DNA from: Raillietiella orientalis
Taxonomy: Eukaryota
Direction: 5' to 3'
NCBI GenBank assembly: GCA_036172245.1
Contig: JAYWIR010000026.1
Span: 992,001-1,056,000, forward strand
Length of the DNA: 64,000 bases
Made by a program: the position numbers and the translations under genes. Below the pieces are notes generated by a model. The model had not been told where the DNA came from. It did no database searches and saw only the letters and a program-made list of their open reading frames with translations. This document shows, piece after piece, positions 20,981 through 32,800 of this stretch; the first letter of the stretch is position 1; every line of letters begins with the position of its first letter.

Positions 20981-22037
20981 TGCGTGGACTCACGTCCGCT
21001 CGTCGCTTCAGCGTGACCTGTTGGAATGTCAACGGGCTACGTGATGCTGACAAAAGGCTGACGGTAGCCAACGCTTTGCGCGCGTTCGATCTGGTGCTGC
21101 TTCAGGAGATACATAGCATCTCCGTACGGCAGGCATCGGATCTGGAAGAGCGCGCGGGCGGGACGCTACTCTGGCGGCAAGGCTCCGCGCACACGTGCGG
21201 AGTCGCGTTTTTCGTCCGAGGCAGGGTGGCGGAGGCGGTGCGGAACGTTTGTTTCGACGAGGAAGGTCGTGTGGGCCAACTTGTCCTCAAGTGGTCCGAA
21301 TCGATCGACCTGGTCGTTACGAACATCTACGCGCCGAGGGGAGGCCGGCATTGCGCCCAGCGACTTGCATTCCTGGGTGGCCTGCGCAGCCGCTGGCTCG
21401 CTGACTCCGGCCCTAACGTGGTGCACCTCCTTGCAGGAGACTTCAACGTCCACCTGCTAACAGAGGAGAGATGCCGCTTGAGGGAGAAGCAACTGGTGAG
21501 CGAGGTATGCGCGTCCGTGTGCGTGCAAAACTTGCTTGCTGGTGAGTCCGGGATGGAGAGATCGCCGGACCATGCGTTCCTCGATGAACACCTGCTCTCA
21601 CGATTAGTTCGGAGAGGGCGTCTGCTGTCCGCGAATTCGGGTCATCCTAGACTGGAGTTCGAGCTCCTCCCGCCTGGCAAAGGGCCTCCGATGAATGTCT
21701 GGAGATTGCCCGACGACTGGCTTAGCAATTCGGAGGCGGCGGAGCATCTTCGCCAACACCTCCGGGGCTTCGCCATCGGTGAACTCGAGGACTGGGACGA
21801 TCTGAAAAGATCGGTCCGCGAGTTCTGCTGCTGGTTCCCCTTGCACCTGCTTCCCCGCGGGTTCGAGGAGGGTGTCGCGAACAGCAGATCGTATCTGCAG
21901 GCGCGTACCTTTTCACGATGCCCGGACGTCCGGCGTCTGGCGGAGTATAAGGCCAGGGCCGAGCGCCAGGTTTGGCAGTCTGGAGCGGCTTGTCTGCTCG
22001 ATGACGCTGGCCAGGAATGCTCGGCTGCAGCCGAAGT
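20980..22037 (+). CDS. ORF2 N-terminus of A1: APE endonuclease and linker (truncated)
   Basis: CWNVNG, LQEIH, CGVAF, NIYAP, AGDFN, PDH, SGH (SDH in A2/A3). Confidence 0.9.
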
Positions 22038-25027
22038 TTGCCACCCGGATATGCCGGGGCATTTATTATTCTAATTTTCTACAAGAATTAGATAATAAAG
22101 TCTTTCGAAAGTTAATTGTGGGAAACACTTGGTTTTCCCACCTTGGTTGACGTGTCTGTTGCCGGTGCATAGACCGGTTAGGTCCATTCCCGAGGCGCAT
22201 GGGAAGGGAAAACTAGAACAAAAACAAACAAAAAGAGAGATAACGGGGAGGGAAACAGTTGTATGGGGAGAGGGGGGGGGCAGGAAAGGGATCACTGGGC
22301 GCCTGGGTCGGTCCTCCGCATCCTGTTCAGGATGCAGTCAAGTTCTGTTTTAACTCTGAAAGGTAGACGCCACCTTGTCGCCGTCTCTAAAGAGATCGTC
22401 GTCCAGTGGATGGCGTCCCTGCATCTTGGGCCTCTTCTTCTGGCGTGCCACCTTTGCACAATGCCGCGCACGCAGCAGAGGACTGCTAGAGACGCAGCGG
22501 GGCGCAGGCCGTCACGCAGAAAGAGGCGACGGTAAATTTCCTTCGGGTCGCCTACTGGAAGATGGAGGATTGGGGCGATTCGACTCCAGAGTCCATCCAG
22601 GGCGACACACTCGAGGGTGAGATGCGGGAAGGTTTCTCTTTCTCCGCACTCGACACAGCGGGCATCCACATTTCCCAGTGTCCAGTGAGACAGGCGTGCT
22701 CTGCTTAACAGTCCCCAGTGCAGAAATAGCAACGCCGTCTCCTGCCACTTCAACGGAAGTGTGCCGCAATCCCAACACGCTGGGGGCCACTTCACCTCCT
22801 CCGGAGGTATTGCGAGCAGCTCTCCCCAGAGCGCAAGTCCGTGAGGCGGGACGCTCGGGGTGGCAGCGTCCGTGAGCTCCCGAGTCGTCCACGCCTTTAA
22901 AGGTTTTTTCCTGCCTCGGATGAGGCAGGACACTTCCCACGATGCCAGCTCGTTGCTGCTCCTACTGTTTTTCAGGGAGGAGATAACGGGGGCAAGGGGG
23001 CTGAAAGCAGCCCACAGAAACTTCCGGGGCGTGTTGATAATATCCTGCAGCGGCTGTCGAGCGTACGGTCCTCGTCGTAGGCAGTTGTATTCCGCCTCGC
23101 TCGTGCCCTTGATCTTAGCCCACGCGGAAGCTGACTCCTGAAGCCAGGCAGTGCAGTTCGCGGGGATGCAGGAGATCCAGGTATTCTCCCTCATCAGGGC
23201 GACCATCTGGCGCAAATCGGGACCACAGTTGGAGAGGCTGCGCTGGTAGGCCACAAGGATCGAGGACAATCCTTCGCAGCCGGTCGCTCTTCTGGCGAGG
23301 AGCCGTGCCGGATCGCACAATGGCGTCATCCACAAGCTAGCCGCAAGGGCTAACTTTCGAATTGTTGTTTGAAGCTGGATGCGCTCCAACGTAAGGAGGC
23401 CCAAGCCACCATCCCTGCGTGGAGCGCACAAGTCTTTCAATCGGACTCGCGACCTCGCTGTGCCCCAAAGGGCAGTCCTCAAGAGGGCTTTGGTCCGTCT
23501 CTGTATGATGGAAGGGGCGGGGCAAACAAAAAGTAAGGGGCGAAGGAGGGGGGCCGCGAACGCGTTCCACACCGCGGCCCGCTCCTGCAAGTAAAACTTG
23601 CTGTTCCGGAACGGGCCGATCGCCAACTCCACCTTTTGGAGACGGTCGGACCAGGATTCTGCAACGCAGAAGTTCCCCAACGGAACGCCAAGGTACTTGA
23701 AGCACCTGCCCGTGGGGATCCCCAAGCGGATCCAGTCCGGCCGTCCGGTCCACGCCGTATTGTTGAAAAGTTGTGGTGATGTTGGCACGATGGAAGATTT
23801 CTCTCTGTTCACCTCGAGGCCCGTCCCGCGGCGCAGCAACTCAAAGAAATCTTCGAGCGCCGACGCCGGGGTGGACCCGGGGAGCAGGAGCAGAAGGTCG
23901 TCGGCGTAGGCCGACACGGCAGGCGTGCCGAAACACGAGCTTGGCAGGGTTGCCAGAGTCTCCCTGTATGCCCTCAGCACCAGCTCGAAGTAGATGCTGA
24001 AGAGCATGGGGCTCAGACTGTCACCCTGCCTTATGCCACGCCGAACCGGCACGCCGTACACGTGCCGGCCGCTAAAAGAGATGTTTATTAGAGCGAAGAG
24101 CCAGCAGGAGCGCAGGTAAGCCCGGAAGACGGCCGGGAATCCCAAGCGTTCCAGGAGCTCCAGAAGCAGTTCCTGGTCGACGCAATCGAACGCTTTACGC
24201 AGATCGACTGCGACCGCAAGGGCACCGGGCGCGGCTCTTCCATAAAGGGCGTCCCCTCCCTGGTCAGAGGAGAATCCAGGATTCTCTTGACCTCCCTGGT
24301 CTTCGCTTTGTTGCAACTGCCACCATGTACTGGCGAGGAACAGGTTGGCCTCCATGCTTCGTCCGGGAACAGCGTATGTCTGCTCCGGACTCACCACGGA
24401 TTCCGCCACCCGTCCCAGTCGCTGAGCCCAAAGCTTGGCAAGCAACTTCGCATCCGCATTCACTACTGTGATGGGACGCCAGTTGCCTACGTTGCGATTG
24501 TCTCCTCCTTTCGGCAAAAGACGTACTCTAGCTGACCGGAACGATTTGGGGACGTCCCCTTGTTCTCGGATCAGCATGCATAGCCGATGCACCAGGAGGG
24601 CCAGCTACGCCACGAAGCCTTGGGAGAACTCCGCGGGCAGACCGTCTTCCCCTGGTGCTTTTCTCTTTCGGAGCTTTCCGATGGCGGAGACGATCTCCGC
24701 CATTGAGAAAGGCTCCGCGAGTTCATGTGCCTGCTCCTCCTGCAGCGCGGGGGCGCCTTACGGCAGCAAGCGCTGCGCCACGGCGTCCTCTGTTGTTCTA
24801 CGCGCGTACAAGGAGGAGTAATAGTTTCGCAGGATGCGGTTTATTCTCGCCGGAGCTGAGCATTCTTGGCCTAGGGCGTCCAGCAGGCTGGGCGACCCAG
24901 ATTGCCAGGTCTGTCGCTCAGCCCCAGCTTTATACTCCGCCAGGCGTCGAACGTCGGGAGTCCTAGAGTAAAGACGGGCGTGGTGGTATGCCCGGTCGTT
25001 CCTCAGCCCTCCGCCGAATCCCTTGGC
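22038..25027 (-). mobile_element. Copy G (lineage 2): linker, RT, CCHC and 3' end
   Basis: ORF 24592-22292 with DLRKAFD, YADD, CVECGERETFPHLTLEC; hairpin 22042-22067. Confidence 0.92.
22292..24592 (-). CDS. ORF2 fragment of G: reverse transcriptase + CCHC
   Basis: WRPI, DLRKAFD, QGDSLSPMLF, YADD, FKYLG, GGLG. Confidence 0.92.
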   Translation of the reverse strand: MHRLCMLIREQGDVPKSFRSARVRLLPKGGDNRNVGNWRPITVVNADAKLLAKLWAQRLGRVAESVVSPEQTYAVPGRSMEANLFLASTWWQLQQSEDQGGQENPGFSSDQGGDALYGRAAPGALAVAVDLRKAFDCVDQELLLELLERLGFPAVFRAYLRSCWLFALINISFSGRHVYGVPVRRGIRQGDSLSPMLFSIYFELVLRAYRETLATLPSSCFGTPAVSAYADDLLLLLPGSTPASALEDFFELLRRGTGLEVNREKSSIVPTSPQLFNNTAWTGRPDWIRLGIPTGRCFKYLGVPLGNFCVAESWSDRLQKVELAIGPFRNSKFYLQERAAVWNAFAAPLLRPLLFVCPAPSIIQRRTKALLRTALWGTARSRVRLKDLCAPRRDGGLGLLTLERIQLQTTIRKLALAASLWMTPLCDPARLLARRATGCEGLSSILVAYQRSLSNCGPDLRQMVALMRENTWISCIPANCTAWLQESASAWAKIKGTSEAEYNCLRRGPYARQPLQDIINTPRKFLWAAFSPLAPVISSLKNSRSSNELASWEVSCLIRGRKKPLKAWTTRELTDAATPSVPPHGLALWGELLAIPPEEVKWPPACWDCGTLPLKWQETALLFLHWGLLSRARLSHWTLGNVDARCVECGERETFPHLTLECVALDGLWSRIAPILHLPVGDPKEIYRRLFLRDGLRPAASLAVLCCVRGIVQRWHARRRGPRCRDAIHWTTISLETATRWRLPFRVKTELDCILNRMRRTDPGAQ

Positions 25028-25031
25028 GAGT

Positions 25032-25038
25032 GGACGTG
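25032..25038 (+). promoter_or_regulatory. DPE-like GGACGTG at the element 5' end, type example
   Basis: Same or variant 7-mer at 3515, 5641, 18958, 50385 (+) and 11023, 33222, 40309, 41741, 56270, 63982 (-); matches the RGWCGTG downstream promoter element known from Drosophila jockey-type LINEs. Confidence 0.65.
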
Positions 25039-25117
25039 TGTTTCCTTCGCTCCCGAGTGAGTCGACAGGAAGCGGTTTTTTCTATTGTTGTTTGGTGTGG
25101 AACATCGTTGGTGTCCG

Positions 25118-26872
25118 ATGGCAGCGATGCCTGAGGACACCACGATGGAGGTAGGTGTGGGGGAGGCTTGCCCACCCCCACAGCCTACAGAAACAGGGGC
25201 GTCCGCCCCGGAATCGCCCTCGCCGCTCAAGGCGAGGAGCTGGAGCGCCATGGTGGCCGCGCCGAGCGCGGAAACCATGGCCGAGATGGCGGCCTACCGG
25301 GCAGCTGGGTACAAGCCCAGCTTGGTTTACCAGGTAGGCAATCTCTTTGACGGGCGAACTGCACGCGCTTTTTCGAAAGCGCTGCAGAACGCCAACGAAT
25401 TAGAAAAGGACCTTGACGGTCTATCCGTGCTAAGCGGGGGTCAGCGCGTTGAGGTTGTCTGCAAGGACATCACCTTAGCGCAAAGCTTGATAACCACCCC
25501 GCTGAACGTGGACGGACGCAAGATCCTACCAGTCACGATGGACCGCTCCGTAGTGGTCCATCTGACAGGGATCACCAGCCGCATGACGCGGTCTGCGGTT
25601 GGTGATCAGTTAAGAAAGCACGGGGATGTTCACGCGCTTTGGCCAAAGGCCACAATCTTCGATGGCTACGATAGCCTTTTCGGAGGGCAGGCCGCCGCGC
25701 GCGTGACGGTGAACGAGAGTGGGCTTCCCCACAAACTAGAGGTCAATGGCGAAGTCGTAGACCTCTGGTACGTGGGGAAACCCTGCTTTTGTGGCTACTG
25801 CAATGCAGTAGGACACTTGCGCAAGCGGTGCCCGAACATTGTGTGCCACTTATGCGGGGAGAAGGGCCACGTACGCCGCGTATGCCCTAAACGCCCCACT
25901 CCGGTGCCGCCTGCTGCAAAAAAAGCACAGGCAAAACGCAGTAAACTGGTCGAAAGACCAACAAGAGATACTGGCCGGCAGCAGCCGCTAGCCCCTGTTC
26001 CTCCCACACAGGCGTCGGAAGAAAAACCCTCCGAAGACGCGGGAGTCCAAGACGGCTGGCAGCTGGTCAAGGCCAGGAAGGAGAAAACGGTGCCCCCCGC
26101 GGAACCCGCAAAAGCGGTAAAAAAGACAGCCGGCAAGGCGAAAAAACCTGGGCCGCGCTCTAAGACCATGCGGGAGTGTACGGTAGCACTGGAGCGCATA
26201 GCCGTTCCCGAGATTGCCACCCGGGGCGACGAGAATTCCCTCGCCGTTTCCGCCGCGCCCGAGGTTCGCGACGGCAAACCCTCTGTTTACACAGAGGGTG
26301 AGCCGCGCGACGCGCCGGTCGACACTGCGGACGCCGCGTTCGCAAAGGCGGCGGAGGAGCTCGCGGCCACGCTGGCGGAGCGTGAGAACCCCTCACGCAA
26401 GGCAGTGCGAAGGCCGGCTCCCGCGAAAAAGGCCCCCACAGGTGAGTCGGACCTGGGGGCCGGAAGTACATCCTCCTCCTCGGAGGCACCCCCAAGGAAG
26501 TCGGGACGCAAGTCCCAGAAACCCAGGAGGCGCCTCCCCTCCACCAGCGAGGAGGAGAAGCAGGAAGGTAGCGGTAGCGTGGGAATCCCGGAGGGGGAAC
26601 TCCCACGCGCGGAAGCCGTCGAGCCGGCCACCCCCATGGAGGAGGGTGAGCAGGGGGGCGAAGTCCTCCCTGCAGTCGCCGAGCCTGAACAGCCCGCCCC
26701 CATGGAGGAGGGCCAACAGGTAGGCGCCACCCCACTTAAGGGTGACCCCCTCGACGCGCCGTTACCCATGGAGGAGGGGGACCAGGTGCACGCAGCGCCT
26801 GACCCTCCTCCTCCACCTAGCGTCCCGCCCCAACAGGTGGCGGACGCCGCATCGCCATCTTCCCAGAAATAA
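25118..26872 (+). CDS. Intact ORF1 of family C
   Basis: CGYCNAVGHLRKRC and CHLCGEKGHVRRVC knuckles; three PMEEG repeats at the C-terminus. Confidence 0.9.
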   Translation: MAAMPEDTTMEVGVGEACPPPQPTETGASAPESPSPLKARSWSAMVAAPSAETMAEMAAYRAAGYKPSLVYQVGNLFDGRTARAFSKALQNANELEKDLDGLSVLSGGQRVEVVCKDITLAQSLITTPLNVDGRKILPVTMDRSVVVHLTGITSRMTRSAVGDQLRKHGDVHALWPKATIFDGYDSLFGGQAAARVTVNESGLPHKLEVNGEVVDLWYVGKPCFCGYCNAVGHLRKRCPNIVCHLCGEKGHVRRVCPKRPTPVPPAAKKAQAKRSKLVERPTRDTGRQQPLAPVPPTQASEEKPSEDAGVQDGWQLVKARKEKTVPPAEPAKAVKKTAGKAKKPGPRSKTMRECTVALERIAVPEIATRGDENSLAVSAAPEVRDGKPSVYTEGEPRDAPVDTADAAFAKAAEELAATLAERENPSRKAVRRPAPAKKAPTGESDLGAGSTSSSSEAPPRKSGRKSQKPRRRLPSTSEEEKQEGSGSVGIPEGELPRAEAVEPATPMEEGEQGGEVLPAVAEPEQPAPMEEGQQVGATPLKGDPLDAPLPMEEGDQVHAAPDPPPPPSVPPQQVADAASPSSQK

Positions 26873-29831
26873 CACCTGGGCTCGCCAGTCGCCGTCGGAT
26901 TCGCGCCGCCTGTTGGAACGTCAACGGGCTGCGCGACGACGGTAACAGGCGAGATACGGCCGACACCCTGCGTGAGCTCGACCTGGCCCTGCTGCAGGAG
27001 ATCCACGTGATCACCGCGGCAGACGCCCAGGAGATCGAGACGATCGCGAGGGGTCGGCTGTATTGGCGGTGCGGCCTCCGCAACACCTGCGGGGTCGCGT
27101 TCTTCGTGAAGCCGGCCATCGACGCGGCCGTGAAGGGCGTGCGCTTCGATGACGACGGTCGGGTCGGTCAGCTGATTCTCAGCTGGTCCGACTCGATCGA
27201 AATGATCGTCACGAATGTGTACGCCCCCAGCGGTAAACAGGGATACAGCGACCGTACCAGGCTGCTGGATTCCCTGAAGCGCGATTGGCTTGCGGACACG
27301 AACGTGCGGAAGGCTCACCTGATAGCGGGAGATTTCAATCTCCGTCTGCTAACAGGTGAGCCAGAAACACAAGAGAACGCGATGAACGAGTAGTGCGCCG
27401 CCATGCGTGCGCGCAACTTGTTCGCGGGTGAGAGGGGAATGGTCCGCAGCATCGACCACGTCTTCCTCGACGCTGACCTGTGTTCACGGGTCGGCAAACG
27501 GGGGAGGGTTGCGTCGACGTTGTCGGACCATTCCCGGTTAATTTTCGAGATGCGGCCTCGTGACAAGGGACCGCCATCCAGGGAGTGGCGTCTGCCGGGG
27601 GACTGGACGCGACTCTCAGGTGCGAAGGAATACCTTCGCGAATACCTGAGAGGTGTCACGCTCCGGAATCTCCAGGACTGGGACCTTTTTAAGGAATCGG
27701 TCCGCGAGTTCTGTGAGCAGTTCCCCCTGGATCGCCTGCCCCCGGATTCGGCGAGGGTGCTCGCAACCATCGGGCCTATTTACAGGCTCGTAGGTACGAG
27801 AGAACCCCTAATGTCCGTCGCCTGGCCGAGTACCGCGCCGGGGCCGAACGCCAAGCCTGGCAATCCGGGTCGGCCAGCTTGCTGGACGACCAGGGCCGGA
27901 ATGTTCGTCCCCGGCGTCGGTACGGCATCTCGTGCGGAGTTTCTATTCCTCCCTTTACGCCAGGCAGCCCCCGGATCGAAACGCCTCTCGGCGCTTGCTT
28001 CCGGATGGCGCCCCGGCAATAGGGGAGGAGGAGATGGAAAGCCTCGACGAGCCTTTTACCACCGGCGGAATTCTCGCCGGTATCAAAAGGCTCAAGAGGC
28101 GTAAAGCTCCAGGGGAAGACGGCTTGCCCGCGGAGTTCTTTCAGAGCTTCGCGGAAGAGCTGGCACCCCTGCTGCTTAAGTTGATCAGGCTGATCCGAGA
28201 CGAAGGCGATGTTCCCGCCTCGTTTCGGTCAGCCAGAGTGAGGCTCCTGCCGCAAGGGGGAGACCTCAGGGATTTAAAGAACTGGCGTCCGATCACGATC
28301 GTGAATACGGACGCCAAGTTGATCGCAGGGCTATGGGCTTCGCGTCTGGGGCAGGTGGCAGAATCCGTAAGTAGCCCGGAGCAGACTTATGCTGTTCCCG
28401 GGCGAAGTATGGATGCCAACCTCTTCTTCGCAAGCACATGGGTGCACCTGCAGAGAAGAGAGAAGAAAGGGATAGGGAAAGTCGGCAACCCCACATTGGG
28501 GCCGCCAGCCGGGCTGGGAAGGGACCCCCGGGCGGGAAAGGGGGCCCTAGCGCTCGCAGTCGATCTCCACAAGGCGTTCGACTGTGTAGACCAGGAACTT
28601 CTCTTGGAGCTCCTGGGTCGCATGGGCTTTCCACCCTCCCTGATTTCCTACCTGCGCTCTTGCTGGCGGAATGCGATAATTACCGTCTCTTTCAGCGGTC
28701 AAAAGGTGTATGGCGTGCCGGTGCGGCGGGGCATAAGGCAGGGAGATAGCCTCAGCCCCCTGCTCTTCAGCACCTACTTTGAGTTGGTGCTGAGAGCGTC
28801 CAGGGTGACTTTGGCCCCATTGCCGAGCTCGTGCCCCGGCACGCCCGCCGTAGCAGCGTACGCCGACGATCTTCTGCTTTTGTTGCCAATGTCCACCCCG
28901 GCAAAGGCGGTCGGAGACTTCTTCGATCTGCTCAGCCGCGGGACCGGACTGCAGGTTAACAGGGCGAAGTCGTCAGTTGTGCCAATAGGTGCGGCGTGGG
29001 CAGGGCAGCAGGACTGGGTCCGTCTGGGGATCCCCACGGCGAGGTGCTTCAAGTACCCTTGTGTGCCTTTGGGGGACTACACCCCTGCGGAAGCGTGGTC
29101 CAGCTGCCTCCAAAAAGTCGAGACGGCGATCGTCCCGTTCCTGGAAGGCAAGTTTCACTTGCCGGAACGGGCCGTGGTTCGGAACGCCTTCGCGGCCCCC
29201 ATCCTCCGCCCTTTGCTTTTTGTTTGCCCTCCCACCGTGGAATCCAAGAAGAGGACGAAGGACCTCCTCCGTATCGCCCTTTGGGGCAAGGGGAGGCCCC
29301 GAGTCCCACTGAAGGACTTGTGCGCTCCGCGTCGGGACGGCGGTCTTGGCCTCCTGACGCTGGAGCGCGTGGAAAAGCAGCTGCGGTGGCGAACCCTCGC
29401 CATCGCGGCGAAGATGTGGAGCATTCCTTGGTGCACTCCGGCCCGCCTGCTGGCCAGCCGTGTGTCCCGGTGCGATGGACTCGCGTCTTTTCTTCTGAGC
29501 CGTGGCCGGAAGATGCGAAGATGCGGCCTACTGCTCGGGCGCATGGCAACATTGGCCAAGGAGAACAGCTGGATGGTTTGCTGCCCCGCCAACTCCCCCG
29601 CCTGGCTGGAGGAGAATATTGAAACGTGCGCAGTAGTTAACCAGAGAAGCCACGAGACTTGGAATCGTCTCCGATGCAGCCCCTACGCCCGCTGCACGCT
29701 GCGGAATCTCCTGGAGAGTCCAGCAAGATGCACGTGGGCAGAGACGACCTGCCTAGCTACGGCGCTGCCCTTCCTAAGGAGGGCACTTCACAGCACCCGG
29801 ACGCCAAGGTGGCAAGTCTCCTACTGCATCG

Positions 29832-32800
29832 AGCTGAGCGGAGAGAAGCGGGAACATCTCCCGTCTCACGCATCAGCGAGGAAAGGCTTAGCACCAGGGG
29901 GACGAGCTCCTCCGCGAAGCACTGAAAGAACTCCGCGGGCAGAATATCCTCCCTAGGCGCCTTACGCCTCTTCAGGCCCGCCATGTTGAAAGATACTTTT
30001 TCCGCCGTGAAGGGCTAATCGAATCTGGCGCGTTCCTTCTCGTCGATAGCAGGGTTGCCCGTCGGAAGAAGCAGCTCGGAGAGACTGCGTTCCGTGGGCT
30101 CCTCCGCGTACAACGAGGAGTAGTAGTGCTTGACTACGCGGTGTACTTCGGCTGCAGCCGAGCATTCCTGGCCAGCGTAATCGAGCAGAGAAGCCGCTCC
30201 AGACTGCCAAACCTGGCGCTCGGCCCCTGGCCTTGTACTCCGCCAGACGCCAGACGTCCGGGCATCGATAGAAGGTACGCGCCTGCAGATAGGATCTGCT
30301 GTTCGCGACACCCTCCCCGAACCCGCGGGGAAGCAGGTGCAAGAAGAACCGGCAGCAGAACTCGCGGACCGATCTTTTCAGATCGTCCCAGTCCTCGAGT
30401 TCACGGATGGCGAAGCCCCGGAGGTGTTGGCGAAGATGCTCCGCCGCCTCCGAATTCCTAAGCCAGTCGGCCGGCAGCCTCCAGATTTCATTGGAGGCCC
30501 TTTGCCAGGCGGGAGAAGCTCGATCTCCAGTCTCGGATGATCCGAAATCGCGGACAGCAGGCGCCCTCTTCGACGAACTCCTGAGAGCAGGTGCTCATCG
30601 AGAAACGCATGGTCCGGCGATCTCTCCATCCCAGGCTCACCAGCAAGCAAGTTTTGCACGCGCACGGACGCGCATACCTTGCTCACCAGTTGCTTCTCCC
30701 TCAAGCGTCATCTCTCCTCTGTTAGAAGGTGGACGTTGAAGTCTCCGGCAAGGAGGTGCGCAACGTTAGGGCCGGAGTCAGCGAGCCAGCGGCTGCCCAG
30801 GCCACCCAGGATTGCAAGTCGCTGGGCGTAATGCCGGCCGCCGCTCAGCGCGTAGATGTTCGTAGCGACCAGGTCGATCGATTTGGACCACTTGAGGACA
30901 AGTTGGCCCACACGACCTTCCTCGTCGAAACAAACGTTCCGCACCGCCTCCGCCACCCTGCCTCGGACGAGGAACGCGACTCCGCACGTGTGCGCGGAGC
31001 CTTGCCGCCAGTGTAGCGTCCCGCCCGCGCGCTCTTCCAGATCCGATGCCTGCCGTACGGAGATGCTATGTATCTCCGGCAGCAGCACCAGATCGAACGC
31101 GCGCAAAGCGTTGGCTACCGTCCGCCTTTTGTCAGCATTACGTAGCCCGTTGACATTCCAAGAGGCCACGCTGACGCTACGAGCGGACGCGAGTCCACGC
31201 ATCACTGCTGCGGACATGACGGCGTGCTCCTCGCCCCGTCCGGCAAGAAGTCAGCTGGTAGGAGAGCGGATTGGGAAGCGGAATCGCTCCCGTTCGCCGC
31301 CACATCGCGCCCAGATGAGTCCTGGGAGCCGAGGATCATCGCCTCGGTCTCGGTGCAGGAGCCGGAACCGCCTCCGGCAACAGGCTCGTGCTTTCGCACT
31401 TTAGCCCGGCGCGCTACCGGCTTACCCCGGGATGCGCGCTCCATTTGTTTGCACTCGGACTCCACCTCGGAGTCCGAGTGCCTGGCGCGAGACTGGCGTT
31501 TTGCCAGTCTCTTTTTGTTTCGGCAGGTGGAGGCTTGCCCTGCCCGCGCGGGGGTCGTCGCAGTCGCCAACGCAGCTTCCGGAGCTTTGGCTTCCGCAGC
31601 CACCCTCTCGCGCGAAGCGACGGAGACAGAGCACGCCGCCGTAGTGCGTACCTGGGTACGCACCTTCTTCGGCGTGCTTCTCTTTTGCCTCCCACCCACC
31701 TTAAGGATGGGGAATATTGAAGGGTCAACCTTCTTCTTCCCCTTTGTGGGCGTCCTGGAGACGCGAGTCCAGCCCGCGTCGGGGACGCCCTCCTGGGAGG
31801 CCGACGCCTTCCTCAATTGTTTGGCCGGAGATGCCGGATCACGTTTCGCGCTCGAGGCGGGAGACGGCTCCATCCCCGTTACGCACTGCACCTGCTCCCC
31901 AGCCGATGCGGGCGAAACGGCGGTCCTTGCCGTCGTCCCGCGAGGTGGTATTGCGGCCTTCGCTGCTCGTGCCTCCGGCGTGGAAGACGTGATCTCAACC
32001 GCCGTAGGAGGAGACTGCCGTTCAGAGGCAGCTCCGAGGGTACCCGCGCACGGTTTGCCGCGTGCTCCGCTGGACGCGAGAGCGGACGCGGACCGTTCAG
32101 TAGCCTTGATTGAGTGCATACCCGCACTCTTAGGCTGCTTCGAAAGTGGCGATTTGCCCCCAGGGCGACGTGACATCTTTCCCGTCTGCGCGGTTGTCTG
32201 GGATGGTGGCTTTCCTGAAGCAACCGCGCCCTTTTTCGCGGGACCTCCACTCGAATATGCCTTGCCCTTCGCGCCCGATTTCTCCAGTGGCACAACGGGG
32301 GATCTTTTCTCGCAGACGGGGTCGATTGTTGGCGGCTTTTTGCCTGCCTCTTTCTCTTCAGCTCGGCGCACTCTTTGACGGAGTGGCCGAGCTGTTCACA
32401 ATAGCTGCAGTTGCGTGAAGGGCACGTCCACGGACGATGGCCCTCGGCACCGCAAATGCCGCAAGCCGGTCGCTGACCGGCAAATTTAAGGTGGACGATC
32501 GCATCGCCCACCTGCAAGTGCGGAGGCATTTGCCTCCTATCCGCCATGGTGAGACGCGCCATGGCAAGTCCGCTGTGTAGAGATGGAATCCTTTTGATCG
32601 GATTTTCTGCTCTCCACAGCGCGTGCACCGTGGCGAATGCACTAAGTGCAGCGACGAGCACGCGATCAGGCGTGTCCACCTGGACGGCGGTAAATCGGAC
32701 CACGAACGACTGGTCCATGGCCGACGGGACGACCTCCTTCCCGCGGATATTTAGCGGTGTTCAGAGAAGCCGCTGGACTAGGGATGCCTCTTTGCAGTGC

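Larger units (their letters stand above)
18952..22037 (+). mobile_element. Copy A1 (lineage 1): 5' end, intact ORF1, endonuclease; interrupted by G
   Basis: CCGCACGGACGTG start; ORF1 19037-20980; TGATG 20978-20982; APE motifs. Confidence 0.92.
25028..29831 (+). mobile_element. Copy C1 (lineage 2): 5' end, intact ORF1, disrupted ORF2, 3' end lost
   Basis: GGACGTG at 25032; ORF1 25118-26872; APE with stop at ~27391 and frameshifts; RT 27932-29831 with YADD. Confidence 0.92.
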
